Part shown: piece by piece, positions 54,163 to 63,509 of the stretch | How the letters are laid out: each line of letters opens with the position of its first letter | Position numbering within the stretch: position 1 is the first letter of the stretch | Assembly (NCBI GenBank): GCA_977020255.1 | Contig: CDROCS010000506.1 | Location: 992,001 to 1,056,000 of the forward strand | Origin: Obrimoposthia wandeli | Lineage: Eukaryota | DNA: 64,000 nucleotides | Direction of reading: 5' to 3' | The notes under the pieces: generated by a model | Database searches by the model: none | Told to the model about the DNA's origin: nothing | The model's input: the letters and a program-made list of their open reading frames with translations, nothing else | Translations under genes and position numbers: made by a program

Positions 54163-54210
54163 AACGCTTTCCTCGTCAAATTTATGCTAATTGGGACTCA
54201 TCAATGAAAA

Positions 54211-54954
54211 TTAACCGATCCGTAATAGTGTATCGGATGCTTTGTCATTTTCTTCTGCTGTCTTCATCATTTTTACCTGCATTTCAAATTGGCGTTGCAG
54301 ATTAATCATTCCGGTGAGTTCACCAACAGCACTTACATTACTGGTTTCTAGTGCACCACCTGCCACCTGCACGTTCAAATCAACCGCGGCTGGTGTGCCG
54401 TCAGCTTTTCGAAACATACCATCATAGCCTTTCACTAAATTACGGACATCGGGATTAACCAATTTTAATTGATCAACTTCTTCCAATGCATTTGCTGGGG
54501 CACCTTGCGGACGAATCTCGATACGACCATCAGCATGAATTTTAATTTGTTCAACGGGTGTTGGAATAACGATAGGACCATTTTCACCAATGACAGGACG
54601 ACCAGACGATGTCAATAACTCACCTGTAGGGCCCATATGTAAACTGCCACTACGGGTATAGCTTTCTTTATTCTGATCATCCATGACTGTTAACCAACCA
54701 TCGCCTTGGATCGCAACATCTAATGCGTTACCCGTTTGCTGTAATGCTCCGCCGGTAAAGTCTTGCCCTGGACTTTCAGTCATCGCAAATACACGCGTTG
54801 GCAGACCTTCACCAAAAGCTTGCATTGAACGTGCTTGTTCAAAGTCAGATTTAAAGCCATGTGTATTCACGTTGGCGATATTATTGGCACGAACAGCCAA
54901 TGCATTCATATTTTCTTTGGCACCCGACATCGAGATATAAAGCATATTGTCCAT
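54211..54954 (-). CDS. flgF: proximal rod protein FlgF
   Basis: MDNMLYISMSGA, ANNIANVNTHGFK and LQRQFEMQVKMM. Confidence 0.97.
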   Translation of the reverse strand: MDNMLYISMSGAKENMNALAVRANNIANVNTHGFKSDFEQARSMQAFGEGLPTRVFAMTESPGQDFTGGALQQTGNALDVAIQGDGWLTVMDDQNKESYTRSGSLHMGPTGELLTSSGRPVIGENGPIVIPTPVEQIKIHADGRIEIRPQGAPANALEEVDQLKLVNPDVRNLVKGYDGMFRKADGTPAAVDLNVQVAGGALETSNVSAVGELTGMINLQRQFEMQVKMMKTAEENDKASDTLLRIG

Positions 54955-55015
54955 TCGTCAATCCTCTGTCACTTTTCGTTAAAATCGTTAATTACCCGTC
55001 TAATACCAGTAATAA

Positions 55016-55031
55016 AGCAATTAAAGTGCCA
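55016..55031 (-). promoter_or_regulatory. sigma54 promoter of flgF
   Basis: TGGCAC-TTTAA-TTGCT, exact consensus. Confidence 0.88.
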
Positions 55032-55036
55032 AAATG

Positions 55037-55066
55037 AAAAAGCCACCCTAAATAGGATGGCTTTTT
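55037..55066 (-). terminator. intrinsic terminator after flgE
   Basis: aaaaagcca-cccta-aa-tagga-tggcttttt. Confidence 0.8.
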
Positions 55067-55141
55067 ATCAAGAAAGAATTTATACGGATAGCTTAAATAG
55101 TGCTTAAACCCGCTTTCTATATGGCTTAACAGCCCGCTACG

Positions 55142-56449
55142 TTAACGGATCTGTAATACCGTATCTTGTAGTTTAGAATTCACTTCTAAGGTTCTTGAGT
55201 TAGCTTGGTAGTTACGTTGCGCCGTAATTAAGTCAACCAGTTCGCTGGTCAAGTTTACATTTGACTGCTCGAGGGCCGATGAATTAATTTTACCAAAAGT
55301 ACCAGAGTTGGGTTCACCAGCAATCGCATTACCAGACAACTGTGATGCGCGCCAGCCCGTATCGCCCGTTTGACTTAAACCTTGTTCATTGGCAAATTTC
55401 GCCATAGCGACCATACCCAATTTGTCATTACGTCCGTTACTATAACTCGCAGCAACCATACCATCAGGACCGATATCAATACCTGTTAAACGGCCTACTG
55501 TCGCGCCATCTTGCTCTAGTTTTGTTACTTCAAACGCAGATGCAAACTGAGTTGGATTATTAATATTAACTTTAATAGTCTGAGTAGTATCTGCACCATT
55601 GGTTAAAATTGCCCCCAGTGGAGCAGTCTCTGCGATCGCAGGTAGTTGCTGTTGTAATAAACCTGAAGAATCAAATGTCAGACGTAATGCTGCTGGTTTT
55701 GCTGGCGTTCCCGGCGCTGCCGCAATAGCCTGTCCGCCAACAATATCAAGTGGCTTATCATCAACATAGTTAAACTCTAACCAAGAGTTAGCAGGCGCGC
55801 CAGCCGAACCATCTTTAATATAATAAGTAGATAAAGTATGCGACTCACCGAGTGAATCATAGATAGATACAGACGTCGCTGAAGTAAATGTACCACTATC
55901 AGCAGGATCAAATTTAGTAGGGTCTAAAACCGGAGACGTCGCCGGTAAATTCATCGTCATATCAATATTACTAGTTGATTCCGGTACACCGGCGGTATCT
56001 GGTATTTGCAATGGTTTGGTTGACGCCATACTCACGGCTTTTGGTGAACCATCGTCATTAACATCATAAACTTGCAGATAGTTACCTGCCGAGTTTGTCA
56101 CAAAACTATTGGCATCAAGCTTAAAAGCACCAGCACGAGTATAGTTACGGTCCATTGATTCAAGATCATCTGACATAACAAAGAAACCATTACCGTTAAT
56201 CGCTAAATCCAGCGAGTTCTCAGTAAAATTCAAGCTACCTTGTTGAAACTGCTGGGCAACATGTGCGGTTGCCACACCGTTACCAACCGATGTTTTAGCA
56301 TTCGAGAAAATCGATGTTGCATACACATCACCAAACTCAGCGCGCGACTCTTTAAAACCCGTGGTATTAACGTTAGCAATGTTATTTGCCGTTGTATTAA
56401 GGTCTTTCTGAGCAGCATTGATCCCACTCAAGGCGATGTTAAATGACAT
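55142..56449 (-). CDS. flgE: flagellar hook protein FlgE
   Basis: MSFNIALSGINAAQ, NNIANVNTTGFKESRAEF and LEQSNVNLTSELV. Confidence 0.98.
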   Translation of the reverse strand: MSFNIALSGINAAQKDLNTTANNIANVNTTGFKESRAEFGDVYATSIFSNAKTSVGNGVATAHVAQQFQQGSLNFTENSLDLAINGNGFFVMSDDLESMDRNYTRAGAFKLDANSFVTNSAGNYLQVYDVNDDGSPKAVSMASTKPLQIPDTAGVPESTSNIDMTMNLPATSPVLDPTKFDPADSGTFTSATSVSIYDSLGESHTLSTYYIKDGSAGAPANSWLEFNYVDDKPLDIVGGQAIAAAPGTPAKPAALRLTFDSSGLLQQQLPAIAETAPLGAILTNGADTTQTIKVNINNPTQFASAFEVTKLEQDGATVGRLTGIDIGPDGMVAASYSNGRNDKLGMVAMAKFANEQGLSQTGDTGWRASQLSGNAIAGEPNSGTFGKINSSALEQSNVNLTSELVDLITAQRNYQANSRTLEVNSKLQDTVLQIR

Positions 56450-56473
56450 AAATTTTCCTTTTATTCAATAAAT

Positions 56474-57190
56474 TTAATAATTTTTCGAGGCAACTTCTGT
56501 TGCTTGGCTTAGTGGTAAACTACCCATGCCTTTTAAGTTCAGCATAATGCCGTTACCGGTATTACCAATGTTGACACTTTCAACATGCTGGAAACTTGAT
56601 ATTTTAAGGTCTTGAGCATTGCCGTCTATCGACGCAGACGCTTTTAAGCGGTAACTTCCTTCCGCTACTTTATTGCCGTTCATGTCAGTGCCGTCCCAAT
56701 CAAAAGGAATTGCACCGGCCTTCTGTTCACCCATATCAATCACTTTAACCACTTCGCCAACTTGGTTAGCTATTTGTAAGCGCATATTAGGTGCGCCCTG
56801 CGGTAAATCAATACGTCCAGATACATTTTCATCCGCAGATAAAAATGCCGACGATGCAGGCGCAAGTACCTTGCTACCGACTAAGCTTGACGCTTGCAGT
56901 GCTTGGTTCGAGCTCATGATCGTATTTAACTGTTCAAACTTACTGTCCATGTTAGAAATACCATCAGCGGTGGTAAACGACGCCATTTGCGCCACCATCT
57001 CCGAGTTTTCAACAGGTTTGAACGGGTCTTGATAAGCCAGTTCTTGCGTAAGTAACGAGAAAAAGTCTTCTTGACCGAGCTCTTTGCGGGTAGTTTCTGC
57101 CGCCTGCTCTGCCGCATCCTTTTTTTCTGTTTTAAACTGACTGCTAAAGTCAGCGATGTTATTACTATTGTTAATTGTCGTCACAACCAA
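56474..57190 (-). CDS. flgD: hook capping protein FlgD
   Basis: LGQEDFFSLLTQELAYQDPFKP and FDWDG; start could be TTG 57190 or GTG 57184. Confidence 0.96.
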   Translation of the reverse strand: MVVTTINNSNNIADFSSQFKTEKKDAAEQAAETTRKELGQEDFFSLLTQELAYQDPFKPVENSEMVAQMASFTTADGISNMDSKFEQLNTIMSSNQALQASSLVGSKVLAPASSAFLSADENVSGRIDLPQGAPNMRLQIANQVGEVVKVIDMGEQKAGAIPFDWDGTDMNGNKVAEGSYRLKASASIDGNAQDLKISSFQHVESVNIGNTGNGIMLNLKGMGSLPLSQATEVASKNY

Positions 57191-57199
57191 ATACCTCTA

Positions 57200-57619
57200 T
57201 TAACCTTTACCTAACGCCAATGTTTTAGTTAACATTTGTTTAGCAGAATCAGCTATTTGCACGTTAGTTTGGTATGAACGAGATGCGCTAATCATATTGG
57301 CCATCTCTTCCATAACGTTTACATTAGGACGATATACATAACCATCTTCGTCTGCCAATGGGTGATTAGGATTAAACTCATTTACTAATGGTGCATCACT
57401 CTCTACAATCCCTGCAACATTCACGCCAACTGCATCATTTTGAGCTGCGTTAGCTTGATCTAATTGTGCTTGGAAGATTGGATAGCGGGCTTTATAGGTT
57501 TCACCAGCACTACTACTCACTGTATTTGCGTTAGCAAGATTACTCGCAGTGGTATTTAAGCGTACCGATTGTGCACTCATTGCCGAACCGGCAACATCAA
57601 AGACTCGAAATAAACTCAT
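57200..57619 (-). CDS. flgC: rod protein FlgC
   Basis: AQSVRLNTTASNLANA and HPLADEDGYV. Confidence 0.98.
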   Translation of the reverse strand: MSLFRVFDVAGSAMSAQSVRLNTTASNLANANTVSSSAGETYKARYPIFQAQLDQANAAQNDAVGVNVAGIVESDAPLVNEFNPNHPLADEDGYVYRPNVNVMEEMANMISASRSYQTNVQIADSAKQMLTKTLALGKG

Positions 57620-57621
57620 AA

Positions 57622-58017
57622 TTATTGTCCTTTAATTGCCTTGCTCAGCGTTTGAAACTTGCTACTTAAGAATGACAGTGATGCCTGATATTCCATACTG
57701 TTCTGCATGAAGTTAGAACGCTCTTCTTGCACATCAACAGTATTGCCGTCACCGGTGTCTGGTTGGTTAGGAACTCTAAACTGCACATCAGAGGCAATAC
57801 CTCTGCCGCCTGATATATGACGTTCACTGGTATTTGATAAATTAAAGCTAGATCCCTGAGTTGCACTTGCTAATGCATCTTTAAAACTTAAATCTTTAGC
57901 TTTAAAACCTGGGGTATCCGCATTGGCAATATTACTCGCGAGTACTTCTGCGCGTCGCTCTCTTACGCCGAGCGAATATTGGTGTATACCTAATGCATTA
58001 TCAAAATTAATAGCCAT
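57622..58017 (-). CDS. flgB: rod protein FlgB
   Basis: [17 protein letters not shown] and DGNTVD. Start moved to ATG 58017 (GGAGG SD). Confidence 0.97.
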   Translation of the reverse strand: MAINFDNALGIHQYSLGVRERRAEVLASNIANADTPGFKAKDLSFKDALASATQGSSFNLSNTSERHISGGRGIASDVQFRVPNQPDTGDGNTVDVQEERSNFMQNSMEYQASLSFLSSKFQTLSKAIKGQ

Positions 58018-58081
58018 GAACGCCTCCAAAATATTTATATCGTAATCAATCGCATGATAATTACGATGATGCAAAGGATAA

Positions 58082-58097
58082 AGCAACATGTGTGCCA
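58082..58097 (-). promoter_or_regulatory. sigma54 promoter of flgB
   Basis: TGGCAC-ACATG-TTGCT, exact consensus. Confidence 0.9.
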
Positions 58098-58329
58098 TAA
58101 AAAAATATTTTAGATTTACATTCTTAACACATGGGTTTTAGCATTACAAAACAACAAGTTAATGTTTACCATGAGTTGTTCTAGGTAGGTATTGAAGGGT
58201 AAATAAGGCAGTCTAAAATGAAGATGTTCAGAAAAGTCGTTGAAAAACAATTTTTTGACGCTGTGTTTGGGTCAGTTACCGCCAATAAATGAACATCCTT
58301 GTTCATACACTAACTAGCCGTAAAATAGA

Positions 58330-59154
58330 CTATTTCAGTTTGTAGACAATACCTGGATTACAACGGACCATTTCGAACTTATCCGTTAATCCAGTCAGGG
58401 ATTCTGATGCGCCTAAAAACAAATAACCACCCGGTTTTAATGAGGCGGCAAATTGATTCAGGATCTGACTTTTAATCTTTGGTGAAAAATAAATCAGTAC
58501 ATTGCGGCAAAAAATGATGTCGAACTTGCCTAACAAAGCATAACTTTCTAACAAGTTAATCTCACGAAATGAAGTTAATTGCTGAACCTCACGATTCACC
58601 TTCATTTTTTCATCAGGTAATGTCGTAAAGAACTGACGTTTACGCTCAGGTGATAAACCACGGCCAAGCGCAAGACGATCATAAATCCCATCTTTACAGT
58701 GCTTAATCATGGTCGGAGAAATATCCGTACCGACAATTTGCACATTAGGTTTACCCAAACGTTTAATTCTTTCCTGTGTTTCAATCGCAGACATCGCAAT
58801 CGAAAACGGTTCTTGACCAGACGATGATGCCGCAGACCAAATTTTTACTGGTAAGCCTTTATTGATGAATTCAGGTAAAATCTTAGCTTGTAAATACTCA
58901 AACGGATACACGTCGCGAAACCATAACGTTTCATTCGTCGTCATCGCATCAATAACATCATTACGTAAATCACGCGCTAACATGGTCATCGATTTTTGTA
59001 CTAACTCAGTTAAACTGGCCATATTATGTTTTGCCAATAGCGGCAATAAACGACTTTTAACTAAATATTGTTTATTTTGCCCCAATACAATACCGCACTG
59101 AATCTCAAGAAATTCACTAAAACGGCTATATACTTCATTTGACAATGTTTGCAC
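58330..59154 (-). CDS. cheR: chemotaxis methyltransferase CheR
   Basis: TTNETLWFRD, IWSAASSSGQEPFS, GTDIS and FCRNVLIYF. Confidence 0.97.
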   Translation of the reverse strand: MQTLSNEVYSRFSEFLEIQCGIVLGQNKQYLVKSRLLPLLAKHNMASLTELVQKSMTMLARDLRNDVIDAMTTNETLWFRDVYPFEYLQAKILPEFINKGLPVKIWSAASSSGQEPFSIAMSAIETQERIKRLGKPNVQIVGTDISPTMIKHCKDGIYDRLALGRGLSPERKRQFFTTLPDEKMKVNREVQQLTSFREINLLESYALLGKFDIIFCRNVLIYFSPKIKSQILNQFAASLKPGGYLFLGASESLTGLTDKFEMVRCNPGIVYKLK

Positions 59155-59221
59155 TATTTTTTACTCAACTTTCTATCTAAAGATATTTGTATTTGACTAT
59201 TTATTCGAAATGCTAGTTAAC

Positions 59222-60157
59222 CTAACTAGGATCAGCTGCTTTTAACGCTTTCAATACTGCACCGGCAAGTTCATCAGGGTTAAATTTAGCAATAAAGTCA
59301 TTTGCGCCAACTTTAGCAACCATCGCCTGATTGAACACACCGCTTAACGATGTATGCAAGATAATATATAAATCATTTAATGCCGGGTTATTTCTCACTT
59401 CTGCTGTAAGAGTATAACCGTCCATTTCTGGCATTTCGATATCTGAAATCATTAACGCAACCTGCTCAGAAATCGGTCCATTAACAGCCATCTCACGTAA
59501 CTTATTTAAGCCATCACGACCATCTTTAGCCAGTACAATCTTAAAGCCAAGATCAGACACTGCTTTCTTGATCTGATTTCGCGCCACACTTGAATCATCA
59601 ACAACAAGGATCACTTTCTCGATTGCTGCTTTATCAATTTCAGAAACAGTTTCTAGCACTTTTTCACTAATTACCATACTAACAGGTGCAACTTCATGAA
59701 GAATTTTTTCCACATCTAATACTTCAACAAGTTCGTTATCAACTTCAGTCACCGCCGTTAAGTAGCTAAAGCGACCAGTCCCTTTTGGCGGTGGTAAAAT
59801 TGATTCCCAGTTAATGTTAATAATACGCTCAACGCTTGATACTAAAAACCCCTGCACAGAACGGTTGTATTCCGAGATAATAATAAATGCTTTACTCAAA
59901 TCTTGGATAGGACGACCGCCCGTTGCTAAGCTTAGGTCAATTACCGAGATCGTTTGCCCACGAATATGTGCAACACCGCGAACAACACGATTCAGCTTAG
60001 GTAAAATAGTTAATGGCGGACATTGCAGTACTTCTTTCACTTTAAATACATTAATACCGAAACGCTGACGTCCGTTTAAGCGAAACATAAGTAGTTCTAG
60101 ACGGTTTTGGCCCACGAGTTGTGTGCGTTGATTGACCGTATCGAGTAATCCTGCCAT
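59222..60157 (-). CDS. cheV: chemotaxis protein CheV (CheW-receiver)
   Basis: NRLELLMFRL..FGINVFKVKEV plus receiver motifs VVDDS, SDIEMPEMDG and AKF. Confidence 0.97.
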   Translation of the reverse strand: MAGLLDTVNQRTQLVGQNRLELLMFRLNGRQRFGINVFKVKEVLQCPPLTILPKLNRVVRGVAHIRGQTISVIDLSLATGGRPIQDLSKAFIIISEYNRSVQGFLVSSVERIININWESILPPPKGTGRFSYLTAVTEVDNELVEVLDVEKILHEVAPVSMVISEKVLETVSEIDKAAIEKVILVVDDSSVARNQIKKAVSDLGFKIVLAKDGRDGLNKLREMAVNGPISEQVALMISDIEMPEMDGYTLTAEVRNNPALNDLYIILHTSLSGVFNQAMVAKVGANDFIAKFNPDELAGAVLKALKAADPS

Positions 60158-60194
60158 TATTTATCCTCAGCTAAAGTAGCTATTATAATCAAAG

Positions 60195-60210
60195 TGGCTT
60201 AAATATTGCT
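60195..60210 (+). promoter_or_regulatory. sigma54 promoter of flgA
   Basis: TGGCTT-AAATA-TTGCT with GG-N10-GC spacing. Confidence 0.72.
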
Positions 60211-60255
60211 CTTACCACTGTATTATCCAGTTATATTGTCGTTTACGGTATAAAT

Positions 60256-60271
60256 AGCCAAAATTTTGGCT
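60256..60271. repeat. perfect 16-bp palindrome in the cheV-flgA intergenic region
   Basis: agccaaaattttggct. Confidence 0.85.
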
Positions 60272-60303
60272 CTCAAATCACTTTATACGTAACCTTTAAT
60301 CTT

Positions 60304-60330
60304 ATATCGGCTTAGAAACCTAAATGTTTA
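60304..60330 (-). promoter_or_regulatory. sigma28 promoter of cheV-cheR, overlapping the flgA start codon
   Basis: TAAA-15 nt-GCCGATAT on the minus strand. Confidence 0.75.
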
Positions 60331-61025
60331 AATATTTTTTCTCATTGTTATTTTTATATAGCTTCAGTGTAGTGAGCCATTTACCCTACGCCTACGCAAA
60401 AACAGATAATCATCAAGTTTTTGAAGAGTTTGCGGAATCTTTTATCAAATCGCAACTATTTAGTGACGAGAATGAAAGAGTAAGCATAGAAGTAACTAAA
60501 ATTGACCGCAGAATAACAGTAAGTCAGTGTGAAGGTAACATGACTGCAGTATTAGTCGGCAATAAAAGCTTACAACGCTCTGCTACCGTAAGAATACGTT
60601 GTGATAATACTGATAATTGGCAAATTCACATACCAGTGAAGATTATTCGACTAGTTCCGGTTGTGGTCAGTAACCGACCATTATCAAAAGGTACCCTATT
60701 AACTAAAAACAATACTAAAATAGAGTATATGAACCGGGTATTATTACGCTCTGGTTATATATCTGATTTAGCATTTGTAAATAGAGCACGCCTAAAACGC
60801 CAACTTTCAAGTGAGCAAATGATCTCAACACGGGATATTTGTCTTGTGTGTAAAGGTGAAAGCGTTACAATTACCAGTTCAGTGGGAAATTTGACTGTAA
60901 AAACAGATGGTGTAGCTTTATCAAATGGCGTTCTTGGTGACAAAATCAATGTGCGCAACAAAAAATCGAAACGAATCGTTTCAGGGATTGTCCAAGCAGC
61001 AGGCATAATCCAAATAAACTATTAA
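60324..61025 (+). CDS. flgA: P-ring assembly chaperone FlgA
   Basis: Signal peptide, SAF domain, VCKGESVTI, and G.ALSNG.LG..I.VRN.KS.RIV.G.V. Confidence 0.95.
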   Translation: MFKYFFSLLFLYSFSVVSHLPYAYAKTDNHQVFEEFAESFIKSQLFSDENERVSIEVTKIDRRITVSQCEGNMTAVLVGNKSLQRSATVRIRCDNTDNWQIHIPVKIIRLVPVVVSNRPLSKGTLLTKNNTKIEYMNRVLLRSGYISDLAFVNRARLKRQLSSEQMISTRDICLVCKGESVTITSSVGNLTVKTDGVALSNGVLGDKINVRNKKSKRIVSGIVQAAGIIQINY

Positions 61026-61032
61026 AATATGC

Positions 61033-61059
61033 TAAAGTTTTATTATCAGGGGTCGATAA
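61033..61059 (+). promoter_or_regulatory. sigma28 promoter of flgM-flgN
   Basis: TAAAGTTT...GTCGATAA with a 15-nt spacer. Confidence 0.85.
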
Positions 61060-61098
61060 TATTTTAGTACACCTGTTTACTATTCAATAGGTAGAGAA

Positions 61099-61413
61099 AT
61101 GGCCATAAATTTAACCAATTTAAATAATCGTAGTCTCCAGCTTGATCAAGCGAGAAGTGCACAGCAAAAAGCCAACGTAAGTGGTGATAATGCGACGCAA
61201 GCTTCACCGCAACGTATCGCGCAAGGCGACTCGGTTAACATTACATCACAAGCCAAAAGTTTGACCGCTATGGAACATGATTTAGCTCAAGGTACACCCG
61301 TTAACGAGTCAAAAGTAGAAAGTTTGAAAAAAGCCATTGCTGACGGAAGCTATCAAGTTGATGCAACGAAATTAGCAAAGAACATGTCTAACTTCGAAAC
61401 TTTACTCGCATAA
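61099..61413 (+). CDS. flgM: anti-sigma28 factor FlgM
   Basis: DSVNIT...KVESLKKAIADGSYQVDATKLA. Confidence 0.95.
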   Translation: MAINLTNLNNRSLQLDQARSAQQKANVSGDNATQASPQRIAQGDSVNITSQAKSLTAMEHDLAQGTPVNESKVESLKKAIADGSYQVDATKLAKNMSNFETLLA

Positions 61414-61433
61414 CCAGTACACTGTAGATACAG

Positions 61434-61862
61434 ATGACAATAAGAACATTAACTGAATTACTTGGTTTACAAGTATCTTATGTAGAACAATTAATGGCTC
61501 TATTAACGGCTGAAAAATCAGCGTTAGAGTCACGCGATGTCACAGCTTTAGAAAAGCTCAGTCAAGACAAGCAACAGAAGATAACGCAAATTGCCGAACT
61601 TGATGTCAAGATCAGTCAGCATGCAGACGCAGGCGAATTGCTATCGACCTACCTATCTCAAAAACAACAAATTGAAATCGAACTCACCCAATGCCAAGAA
61701 CTAAATGATGTGAATGGTAAACTGATTGAACTCAATTTACGTAATACTAAACGACTTACCGATACCATCATCCGCAGTCGCTCACGTAATAATATTACCT
61801 ATGACAAGTTAGGCCGTACTCGCGGTTCATTCTCAACACTTGGTATGACGTTTAAATCATAA
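61434..61862 (+). CDS. flgN: export chaperone FlgN
   Basis: LLTAEKSAL, CQELNDVNGKLI and TYDKLG; follows flgM. Confidence 0.9.
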   Translation: MTIRTLTELLGLQVSYVEQLMALLTAEKSALESRDVTALEKLSQDKQQKITQIAELDVKISQHADAGELLSTYLSQKQQIEIELTQCQELNDVNGKLIELNLRNTKRLTDTIIRSRSRNNITYDKLGRTRGSFSTLGMTFKS

Positions 61863-61951
61863 CCGCGCTTCGGTTTATGAATATTCCCCTTAACGTACTC
61901 TATCTATACTATCGATCACATCCTCTATTACATTATCTATCACACGCTTGA

Positions 61952-63319
61952 TTAACAGACTGTCACATTAATAGCCAAACCACCTTTTGATGTTTCTTTG
62001 TATTTATTCTTCATATCATCGCCTGTGGCTTTCATGGTCTTAATCACCTGATCAAGTGATACCTTATGATCGCCAGCACCCATACGCGCCATACGCGAGG
62101 CATTAATCGCTTTAACCGCACCAATGGCATTACGTTCAATACACGGTATCTGCACTAAGCCCGCGACAGGATCACAGGTTAAACCCAAATTATGCTCCAT
62201 ACCAATTTCAGCAGCGTGTTCTACTTGCTCTAACGTACCGCCTCTGATGGCAGTCAATCCAGCGGCGGCCATAGAGCAAGCAACCCCGACTTCACCCTGA
62301 CAGCCCACTTCAGCACCAGATATAGAGGCATTCTTCTTATATAAGGTACCAATCGCGGCGCAAGTAAGCAGATAGGTTTTAATTTTGTCTTCCGTTAACG
62401 GACTAACAAATTGATCATAAAAATACATAACCGCAGGAATGATACCCGCTGCGCCATTGGTCGGTGCCGTTACCACACGCCCACCTGCTGCATTTTCTTC
62501 ATTCACCGCCATGGCATACATGTTGACGAAGTCCATGCCGTGGAAAGTATCATCCTTCGCTTCTGGCGCTTGTAACTTTTCAAATAATCCAGGCGCGCGG
62601 CGACGTACCTTTAAACCACCCGGTAAGATCCCTTCATTACGACAACCACGATGGATGCAATCGACCATGATGCTGTGTAGTTGCAATAGTTTCTCATCGA
62701 TAACCGCATCGGTATTTAATTGGCGTTCATTTTCATACATCAACTTAGCAATCGACAGACCGTTGGCACGGCATGTAGTCAGTAACTCTTCGGCGCTATC
62801 AAATTTATACTTGGGTGGTGTTTGCGCATTTTCTTCTAATGGTTTATCGATATGGTCATGATCCAGAATAAAACCGCCGCCAATAGAATAATAAGTCTTG
62901 CTGAGTAAAATATCATCGCTACCTAATGCCGTGATGGTCATTGCATTACTGTGGTAGGACAACGTTTTGCGTTGATGCAATATGATATTTTCAAGACGTG
63001 TAAAAGGCACAAAACCAATATCAGCTAAGTTAATCCCCTGATCTACCTCGATGGTCGATAAGATAGATGGAACGAGCTCTGAATCGATGCGATCAGGTTC
63101 ATAACCGGCTAACCCTAAGATAACGGCAATATCACTGCCATGACCAACTCCTGTTTGCCCTAACGATCCAAACAAAGCAGCATTAATACTGACTATCGAT
63201 TGGCGATTATCGAGCGCTTTAAGGTGTTGTAAAAAGTCAAAGGCTGCACGCATAGGGCCTACAGTATGTGAGCTAGACGGTCCAATCCCAATACTAAACA
63301 TGTCAAAGGTACTGATCAT
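61952..63319 (-). CDS. sdaA: L-serine dehydratase (Fe-S), copy 2
   Basis: [34 protein letters not shown] and PCIERN. Start moved to ATG 63319 (GGGAG SD). Confidence 0.96.
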   Translation of the reverse strand: MISTFDMFSIGIGPSSSHTVGPMRAAFDFLQHLKALDNRQSIVSINAALFGSLGQTGVGHGSDIAVILGLAGYEPDRIDSELVPSILSTIEVDQGINLADIGFVPFTRLENIILHQRKTLSYHSNAMTITALGSDDILLSKTYYSIGGGFILDHDHIDKPLEENAQTPPKYKFDSAEELLTTCRANGLSIAKLMYENERQLNTDAVIDEKLLQLHSIMVDCIHRGCRNEGILPGGLKVRRRAPGLFEKLQAPEAKDDTFHGMDFVNMYAMAVNEENAAGGRVVTAPTNGAAGIIPAVMYFYDQFVSPLTEDKIKTYLLTCAAIGTLYKKNASISGAEVGCQGEVGVACSMAAAGLTAIRGGTLEQVEHAAEIGMEHNLGLTCDPVAGLVQIPCIERNAIGAVKAINASRMARMGAGDHKVSLDQVIKTMKATGDDMKNKYKETSKGGLAINVTVC

Positions 63320-63494
63320 AAAATGCTCCCTAATTAATGAATAAGACTTACTGTAGGTATAGCACATGATTGTTGATGCAATTTTATTACTTTATTGAAA
63401 ATTTATTACGACCATAATTAGTTATAAACCTACATACACTCTGCCGATAAAGGCAGCATTCACGTTATGTTTGTGCTGTTTAAGCGATTTTAAG

Positions 63495-63509
63495 TGTAAT
63501 AAAATCACA
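63495..63509. promoter_or_regulatory. putative HexR operator
   Basis: TGTAATAAAATCACA, one mismatch from the recalled Shewanella-type HexR motif TGTAATwwwATTACA; lies between divergent sdaA and hexR. Confidence 0.6.
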
